From Thermodesulfobacteriota bacterium (GTDB lineage Bacteria > Desulfobacterota_D > UBA1144 > Nemesobacterales > JAJCZQ01): DNA of 64,000 nucleotides. The stretch lies in the NCBI GenBank assembly GCA_965215275.1, contig OZ244044.1:1504001-1568000 (forward strand), read 5' to 3'. Every line of letters begins with the position of its first letter. Positions within the stretch are counted from its first letter, which is position 1. Shown piece by piece: positions 29,605 through 36,209 of the stretch. The notes below the pieces were generated by a model. It worked only from the letters and a program-made list of their open reading frames with translations. It searched no databases and was not told the origin of the DNA. Position numbers and translations under genes: made by a program.

Positions 29605-32600
29605 ATGTATGAAAAACATGATGGACTCTATCCCCCCCCCCCCCGTCAATATAGTAGTTTAACGGGCAGTTCCCGCCGGAACGGCAGGAACCTTGTACTT
29701 TCCCTTGTCCTTTTTCTTCTGTGCATAATGATCACTGTTGCAGAGGGACAGGACAGCGTAAATGATCCGTTCTCCGAATGCAGGGTTATCAGTGCAGACG
29801 CGGAAGATCCGCTGTACGGATGTCAGTGGCATCTGAAGAACACGGGGCAGCTTGGTTTTTCCGGAAAAGCAGTAACAGCAGGAGAAGATATAAACGTAGA
29901 GGGAGTGTGGAACGAAGACGTATATGGTTCTGGAATTAACGTAGCAATAGTAAGTGACGGTATTGACCTTTCACATGAGGACCTTTCTGCTAAGGTCCGT
30001 TCCGGACTGAACTGGAGTTATTTTGAAAGAAATAATTCTGAAGAGAACAGTTCTGAAAAATATAATTCAGAAAGAGATGATCATTCAGACGGTTCATCCT
30101 TTACCGGAACACGAGCGGCAGGAGTAATTGCAGCAACTGGATATAACGGACTGGGAGTAAGAGGAACAGCACCTGGTGCGAGTATATACAGTTACAGGTT
30201 ATCCGGTGATCTCAGTGAAGCTGACGCAATGGTCCGTAATAAAGAAATAACCGCTGTATCGGTTAACGGCCGGGTATCTGAGGACGGAGCTTTTTTTCAG
30301 GAGGCTTCATCTGTCTGGGAAGAAGGATTGGATACGGGAATAAGGGAAGGGTTTTATGGGAAAGGTGTGTTTTACGTCTGGGGAGCAGGGGACGGTCACG
30401 AGAATAACGATCAGGCTAATTTTAATGAATATTCCAGCTATTACGGAGTAACAGCCGTTTGTTCAACGGACGGCTTTGGAAAGAAGAGTATATTTTCAGA
30501 AGAGGGAGTAAATCTCTGGGTATGTGCACCTGGTTCTGATATTGTGACCACAGATAACAACAACGATTACGTTGTAACATCCGGAACTGTCCTTTCAGCT
30601 TCACAGGTTGGAGGAGTGGCTGCACTGCTGAGAGAGGTTAATGGAAATCTGAGCTGGAGGGATATAAAGCTTATACTTGCGGGTTCAGCAAGGCAGAACG
30701 ACGTTTCTGACATGAGCTGGGAGACTGGAGCGGTTAAATACGGTTCTGACGTGGAAAGATATAATTATAATCCTAAGTATGGTTTTGGCGTGGTAGACGC
30801 AGAAGCAGCCGCAGAGCTTGCCGGAAGCTGGAAAGGCATCGGAGAGATGAGGACCATTACAGCTTCTTCCGATAATGAACTGACAATTCCTGATGGAGAA
30901 GGAGAAGCAGATGGAATACTTACCTCCACACTTGTGATACCGGACGTGGAGGAAATATTTACGGAATTCGTTGAGGTAGAACTTGTTTTTTCTCATGACC
31001 GCTTGCAGGACCTTGATATAAAAATAACCTCTCCTTCCGGGACAGTTTCTGAACTTGTCCGGGAATTTTCAGGTGAGGAAGAAGACGCTGAGATCAGTTA
31101 TGTAAGAAGAACACATCGTTTCGGGTCGGCTAAACACCTCGGAGAAGACCCTTCCGGTGAATGGACCCTTGATATATCCGATACTGCTTCCGGAGATGAA
31201 GCAGATGAAGAAAATACTTTTACCTTACACTCCTGGAGCATTAAGGTATACGGGAATTTTTATCAAGGACCTGGCAGGGAGATAACTACTAAAGCTTTAA
31301 ATTGGGGCGGACAGACAGTTCAGGATCAGGTGTACAGAGTAGGAACTCAGATAGCACCGTTACAGCTGCCTGAGGCGACCGGGGCAGAAGGAATAACGTA
31401 CAGTATGACACCTGATTTACCTGCTGGGCTGGAGTTTAACGATACCACCCGGGTTATAAGCGGAACCCCAACTAAATCGCAGTCTAATGAACGTTATCAA
31501 ATTGTTGCCAGAGACGAAAATGGAAACGTGAAGGGTTTAGCGTTCCATATAAGGGTAAGGTTCCGTAACTCCACAATACCGAGTTTCAGCGATACCATCC
31601 CGGATCAGAACTACGTAACGGGGAGAGAAATAACGCCACTGGTGTTCCCTAGTGCAACGGGAGGGGATGGTCAGTTAAGGTACACTTTTAACGGCACTTT
31701 AACTAACTTACCAAATGGATTGAGACTTACCAGTGATCCGTTCAGGATAAGAGGAACACCAGGTAGTGGTAGTGCGGGGACAAGTACCTGGCAATATACC
31801 GCTACTGACTCAGACGGGGATACTGCTACACTTGAGTTCAGGATAAGGATAAAAGCTGCAGCTGACGTTCCGAGCTTCGGCGGTCAGATGATAGATGATA
31901 AGTTTTATACGGCAATGGTTCAAATATCACCATTCACGCTACCTCTTGCAACGCAAGGAACTGGAATTACACTCAGGTTAACCCCTAATTTACCTGATGG
32001 ATTGAATTTTAACTTTGTCACCCAAGTGATAAGCGGAACACCAACTGCTGCGATGCCTAAGACTGATTATACATGGAGAGCAACGGACAGAGACGGATAT
32101 ACGGCTGAATTGACGTTCAGTATAACGATAACGGCCCTGTCCTTTGACGGGCAGGTACCTTCTTCTCCTGTTTTGTACTTGGCGGAGAGACCAGTAACAC
32201 CGTTAACACTGCCTGCTGCAACGGGAGGTACTGCTCCGTATACTTACGTTCTGACCCCTGAATTACCTGATGGACTGGACTTTAACGATACCACCAGAGT
32301 TATAAGCGGGACACCGACTGCTGCAACGCCCGTGAATACCTATACGTATACCGTTACAGACGCAGACGGAACTGAGACGGAGGTGACGTTCGATATTGCC
32401 GTAGCAGCACACTTTTCAGGCGTTGAGATAGAAAGCAGGTTTTACACGGTCGGTACGGCGGTAACGGAAACGCTGCCCGAGGCAATCGGACATAACGGAA
32501 CGGTAACGTACAGTTTAACTCCTGCCCCTCCTGCTGAATTGACCTTTACCCCTGCCACCCGGGTTATAAGCGGAACACCGACTGCTATACAGAAGAATGC

Positions 32601-33426
32601 GAGGCTTTATACGTATAGTGCTGCTACCGGTGCAGGTGTACCTGCTCGAACGTTGGTGTTCCATATCACGGTAAGAGATGAACCGGACACAAGGCCGAGT
32701 TTCGGCGGTGAGACGGTAGAAGATAAGGAATACATAATATCGGGAAGTCCGATAACCCCGTTCGTGCTGCCTGAGGCAACGGGAGGGAATGGAACGGTAA
32801 CATACAGTCTGACTCCTCGTTTACCAGACGGATTGATCTTTACGCCTGTTGATCGAGAGACAAGCGGGACACTGACTGCTGCGATGTCTGAGACCGATTA
32901 TACGTGGAGTGCCACGGACGAGGATAACGACAGGGCTGGGTTAACGTTCAGTATAACGGTGGAAGAGGACAGCGAACCGGCATTCAGCGTGACGACGATA
33001 GAAGATCAGGTGTACACGGGGGAAAGAATAAGGCTGCCGGTAGCAACGGGAGGGAACCCGCCGTTAAGATACAGTATAGATCCTCGTTTACCGACGGGAA
33101 TGAGATTGAACGAAGACACAGGGGTCATAAGCGGGACGCCCGCGAGTGCGTCACCTGCAACTTCTTACACGTACACGGTAACGGACAGGAATGGAGACAT
33201 GAAAGGGTTGACTTTCAGGCTCAGTGCAGAGGTTTCTTCTACTCCAGGACCAACAACAGGAAGACCAGGAACGTCAGGTAGTGATTCAGGCGGAGGTGGA
33301 GGAGGATGTGCCGTCTCAGATCAGAGCAGCACTGCTTCTGATATTCCCGGAGTAATTGCATGTCTGATACTTATTCCTGTATCAGTAGTGATAAAAAGGA
33401 AGAGAAGATCTCAGATAAAGACTTAG
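29605..33426 (+). CDS. Surface protein paralog 2: signal peptide, inactive S8 kexin-like domain, P-domain, 7 Ig-like repeats, GGGC-TM-basic tail
   Basis: DPLYGCQWHL, VAIVSDGID, TGTRAAG, GTVLSAS, YGFGVVDA; repeats with ISGTPT; GGGGGGCAVS...CLILIPVSVVIKRKRR. Confidence 0.9.
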   Translation: MYEKHDGLYPPPPRQYSSLTGSSRRNGRNLVLSLVLFLLCIMITVAEGQDSVNDPFSECRVISADAEDPLYGCQWHLKNTGQLGFSGKAVTAGEDINVEGVWNEDVYGSGINVAIVSDGIDLSHEDLSAKVRSGLNWSYFERNNSEENSSEKYNSERDDHSDGSSFTGTRAAGVIAATGYNGLGVRGTAPGASIYSYRLSGDLSEADAMVRNKEITAVSVNGRVSEDGAFFQEASSVWEEGLDTGIREGFYGKGVFYVWGAGDGHENNDQANFNEYSSYYGVTAVCSTDGFGKKSIFSEEGVNLWVCAPGSDIVTTDNNNDYVVTSGTVLSASQVGGVAALLREVNGNLSWRDIKLILAGSARQNDVSDMSWETGAVKYGSDVERYNYNPKYGFGVVDAEAAAELAGSWKGIGEMRTITASSDNELTIPDGEGEADGILTSTLVIPDVEEIFTEFVEVELVFSHDRLQDLDIKITSPSGTVSELVREFSGEEEDAEISYVRRTHRFGSAKHLGEDPSGEWTLDISDTASGDEADEENTFTLHSWSIKVYGNFYQGPGREITTKALNWGGQTVQDQVYRVGTQIAPLQLPEATGAEGITYSMTPDLPAGLEFNDTTRVISGTPTKSQSNERYQIVARDENGNVKGLAFHIRVRFRNSTIPSFSDTIPDQNYVTGREITPLVFPSATGGDGQLRYTFNGTLTNLPNGLRLTSDPFRIRGTPGSGSAGTSTWQYTATDSDGDTATLEFRIRIKAAADVPSFGGQMIDDKFYTAMVQISPFTLPLATQGTGITLRLTPNLPDGLNFNFVTQVISGTPTAAMPKTDYTWRATDRDGYTAELTFSITITALSFDGQVPSSPVLYLAERPVTPLTLPAATGGTAPYTYVLTPELPDGLDFNDTTRVISGTPTAATPVNTYTYTVTDADGTETEVTFDIAVAAHFSGVEIESRFYTVGTAVTETLPEAIGHNGTVTYSLTPAPPAELTFTPATRVISGTPTAIQKNARLYTYSAATGAGVPARTLVFHITVRDEPDTRPSFGGETVEDKEYIISGSPITPFVLPEATGGNGTVTYSLTPRLPDGLIFTPVDRETSGTLTAAMSETDYTWSATDEDNDRAGLTFSITVEEDSEPAFSVTTIEDQVYTGERIRLPVATGGNPPLRYSIDPRLPTGMRLNEDTGVISGTPASASPATSYTYTVTDRNGDMKGLTFRLSAEVSSTPGPTTGRPGTSGSDSGGGGGGCAVSDQSSTASDIPGVIACLILIPVSVVIKRKRRSQIKT
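29632..29644 (+). repeat. poly-C tract (C13) at the 5' end of paralog 2
   Basis: 13 consecutive C; in frame from ATG 29605, out of frame from ATG 29609. Confidence 0.9.
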
Positions 33427-33642
33427 CAGTGCGGTCCTTTCAAAGGCATTTCTGAGAAAGAATTACAGCCCGGTTTTCTTTTATATCAGTTATCAGTTCG
33501 TTGAAGAGAATGAATGTATTGCCGTGTGTTGAACCGTCTTGATATTCTGAACGGGTTGAAAGAACGGGACGAACGATCTCTGAACTGAGAAATTCATTAC
33601 TACGGAAAAATAAGGGGATTATATAGTTAAGTGCCGAAACCA

Positions 33643-33810
33643 CTATTTCTTTACTTTCGTGGTATTCCCTTTTGATTTTTTACTGTTTTGTTTTTTTATC
33701 TTCCGAACTTTATCATAATTAGGTTGTAATAATGTCTTTACTACTTCGTCCACTGTAGCTGGTATGTGTGAAATAAAGCTGTTTTTATAAGTTTTATCTT
33801 TTTCTGTCAT
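33643..33810 (-). CDS. 55-aa basic microprotein of the IS1595 element (not in the ORF track)
   Basis: MTEKDKTYKNSFISHIPATVDEVVKTLLQPNYDKVRKIKKQ...; stop 3 nt from the TIR; homolog of 12061-12234. Confidence 0.7.
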   Translation of the reverse strand: MTEKDKTYKNSFISHIPATVDEVVKTLLQPNYDKVRKIKKQNSKKSKGNTTKVKK

Positions 33811-33820
33811 TTTATCTATC

Positions 33821-34309
33821 CTATCTCGGATAAATTATAGTTCCCTTAGATTTAGCCCATCTTTCAGTAAACCCTACATGTGATATATCATTACTACTTC
33901 TATCCAGTTGTCTTTCTGTTTCTTTAACTACTATTTCTGGTTCTAATTCATATATTACTTTTACTCTTGTCTGATCATATTCATAAAAAATAGCTAAATA
34001 TATTTTACTATTTCTCCTTATACGATTTAGAGATTCCTGTCTTTTATCAGGAGGAGATTTAAACATCCTGTCTAACTGACCCGTGCCACCTTCCTTACAA
34101 GACAAATATTCATAAACTATATTATGATCTTTAAAATCTCTGGCATCTGCATCTCTTTTACTGTGTATAAGTTCATGTCCCAATAAATCAGCTATTATCA
34201 TCTCTTTAACTAATCCAGGTTGTAGTAAATTATATATACCCATTGATTTGGCAAGATCAGCTGCTTTTAACACTAAATCTATTATCCTGCGATAGATGTT
34301 AGATGCCAT
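33821..34309 (-). CDS. PvuII-like type II restriction endonuclease
   Basis: Size and motifs DLAKSMGIYNLLQ, DARD..YEYLS, IYELEP, KGTIIY parallel R.PvuII as recalled (DLALKHGINDIFQ, DAVD..YELKS, IYRLEP, HGTKIY); overlaps the MTase 3' end. Confidence 0.72.
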   Translation of the reverse strand: MASNIYRRIIDLVLKAADLAKSMGIYNLLQPGLVKEMIIADLLGHELIHSKRDADARDFKDHNIVYEYLSCKEGGTGQLDRMFKSPPDKRQESLNRIRRNSKIYLAIFYEYDQTRVKVIYELEPEIVVKETERQLDRSSNDISHVGFTERWAKSKGTIIYPR

Positions 34310-35088
34310 TCTATCTCCTCTTTATATTCTGAATTTATTCTGGATCTAGATAAATCAATATATCTATCATTAATTTCAAAAGCTATAAAATCCCTTTTGT
34401 AATTTTCACATACTACAGCTGTAGTTCCTACACCTGAAAATGGATCAAGCACAACATCACCTTCATTAGAACTTGCAAGAACTAATCTTTCTATTAACTT
34501 CTCTGGCTTTTGTATGGTATTAAGAAGTTCTCTTGATATTAACTCTTTTGATTTATAGGTTAATTGTTTAACATCTCCCCATACATCACCTGGATTCTTG
34601 CCTTTAGTATTAAACTTAGTTTTATTAAATTTTCCATTAGTTACAGAGGGAACATTTTCACATCTTTGTCTATGTGTTAGTTCTACTAACTGTGGAACTC
34701 TGATATCATCTAAATTAAAACATTTTGCTTGTTTACCTTTAACAAAGTAATAGATAATATCGTAATTGTTTGTGTATTTTAGTTTACCTTGAGATAACCT
34801 GCTTGGCTGGTACCATATTATTTTAGATTTACAGTTTAAATATTTTCTATAATCTACAAAATCCAAACAATCAGGTTTACCGAACAAATATAAAGTTCCG
34901 CCTGTTTTTAATTTAGGTTCAAATTTCTTTAACAGATTAAGATTAAACTTTTGAATACTTGGAATACGGTCCCAATCATTATCAGTAACTCCGTAAGGAC
35001 CATCACATATAATTAAGTCAATAGATTTATCGTCTACTTTCTTGATTAAATCTAACGCATCCCCACAGTAAAATTCGTTTAATTTCAT
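34282..35088 (-). CDS. Beta-class N4-cytosine/N6-adenine DNA methyltransferase
   Basis: IDLIICDGPY (motif IV variant), GKNPGDVW, QKPEKLIERLV, VLDPFSGVGTT (motif I). Confidence 0.92.
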   Translation of the reverse strand: MKLNEFYCGDALDLIKKVDDKSIDLIICDGPYGVTDNDWDRIPSIQKFNLNLLKKFEPKLKTGGTLYLFGKPDCLDFVDYRKYLNCKSKIIWYQPSRLSQGKLKYTNNYDIIYYFVKGKQAKCFNLDDIRVPQLVELTHRQRCENVPSVTNGKFNKTKFNTKGKNPGDVWGDVKQLTYKSKELISRELLNTIQKPEKLIERLVLASSNEGDVVLDPFSGVGTTAVVCENYKRDFIAFEINDRYIDLSRSRINSEYKEEIEWHLTSIAG

Positions 35089-35090
35089 TT

Positions 35091-36029
35091 CTAACTGATC
35101 AATTCTTTGTATTTAAGATGCTTACCTGACAAACCTTTAATAACTTTTTCGATCTGATTCATAGTATGTAAAGGACGGATGTTATGCCTGCCCGCATACT
35201 CATCTACATAGCGTTGTAGATGTTTCCTGCTCATGTAGTGGTATATCCCAGTATGTCCTCTTTTCAGCATAGACCAGAAACTTTCCATCCCGTTGGTATG
35301 TGCCTGTTCCTTGATATATTCACCTACTCCGTGATTAACTGTCTTGTGTTTATACCCTTTTTTATTCAGTCCACTATATCCTAAATTCTCATCTGTATAG
35401 ATCGTTGATCCGTCTTGAACTGTTTCCTTAATCATATTTTGCAGTTCATCCTTCTTAACGGTTTCTGTTACTTTTGCTTTAACCTTCTTATCTACTCTTG
35501 ACTTAATACCTACTACGGCAGATTTAGTTTTAGTACTTCTGCCCTGTGTTCCCTTCACTTTTTTACTGGCATGCTTGTTTCTCTCAAGTCCGCCAACATA
35601 AGTCTCATCCATCTCTATTGGTGACATTAAAGGATTATCTGATTGCTCGTCAAATACCTTCCTTATTCGGTGTCCTAAATACCAGGCTGTCGTTTGAGTA
35701 ACTCCTATATCTCTTGCCAACTTATGACTGGATACTCCCTTTAAGTTGGTAGTCATCAAATATATAGCTAATAACCATTGATGCAAAGATAAATTACTAC
35801 CTTCAAATACAGTGCCTGTTCTGACACTAAATCGTTTATCACAATCTTTACACCTATAAGGCATGGTAGCATGTTTAGCTTTAGAAGTTCTTACACTTCC
35901 ACAACGAGGGCAACATTTATACTCATTATCTTCACCCCAGAGCATCTTCTCAATATGTTTTCTTGCTGATTCCTCGTCTGGAAACATTTTATTAAAATCA
36001 TATAAACTAACTTTTTTTCTATGTGCCAT
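35091..36029 (-). CDS. IS1595-family DDE transposase
   Basis: CPRC/CKDC zinc ribbon, IEMDETYVGG, IYTDE, HTNGMESFWSMLKRG. Confidence 0.95.
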   Translation of the reverse strand: MAHRKKVSLYDFNKMFPDEESARKHIEKMLWGEDNEYKCCPRCGSVRTSKAKHATMPYRCKDCDKRFSVRTGTVFEGSNLSLHQWLLAIYLMTTNLKGVSSHKLARDIGVTQTTAWYLGHRIRKVFDEQSDNPLMSPIEMDETYVGGLERNKHASKKVKGTQGRSTKTKSAVVGIKSRVDKKVKAKVTETVKKDELQNMIKETVQDGSTIYTDENLGYSGLNKKGYKHKTVNHGVGEYIKEQAHTNGMESFWSMLKRGHTGIYHYMSRKHLQRYVDEYAGRHNIRPLHTMNQIEKVIKGLSGKHLKYKELIS

Positions 36030-36209
36030 TTACTTCTCCTTCGTTTATCTTATGGTAAAATCTTACCATTTTTAACTTGATAAATCAAGTCATTTTCGGC
36101 ACTAAACTATATTGTTCCCTAAGTTATATATGTGATCTTCTGAATATCCCGTTTGCTAAAGTATATTACTCCCTAAAGATTTAACAGGAATATCCCTGCT
36201 CCGTTTCTT

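Larger units (their letters stand above)
33614..36119 (-). mobile_element. Second IS1595-family transporter IS carrying an R-M system and a microprotein
   Basis: Imperfect TIRs GGGGATTATATAGTTAAGTGCCGAAA and GGGAACAATATAGTTTAGTGCCGAAA (22/26); no 8-bp target duplication (only TAA on both sides); AT-rich. Confidence 0.88.

Noticed and set aside
30031..30075. Degenerate 15-bp repeats (NNSEE/NSSEK/YNSER) in paralog 2 as a separate element
   Set aside because: A short in-frame low-complexity insertion relative to paralog 3, with no independent significance evident
33821..34309. Assigning CAGCTG specificity to the PvuII-like enzyme
   Set aside because: Similarity is distant and recalled from memory; specificity cannot be inferred
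33606..36127. Target-site duplication for the second IS1595 element
   Set aside because: The 8-bp flanks differ (AAAAATAA vs TAAGTTAT); the shared TAA is too short to count
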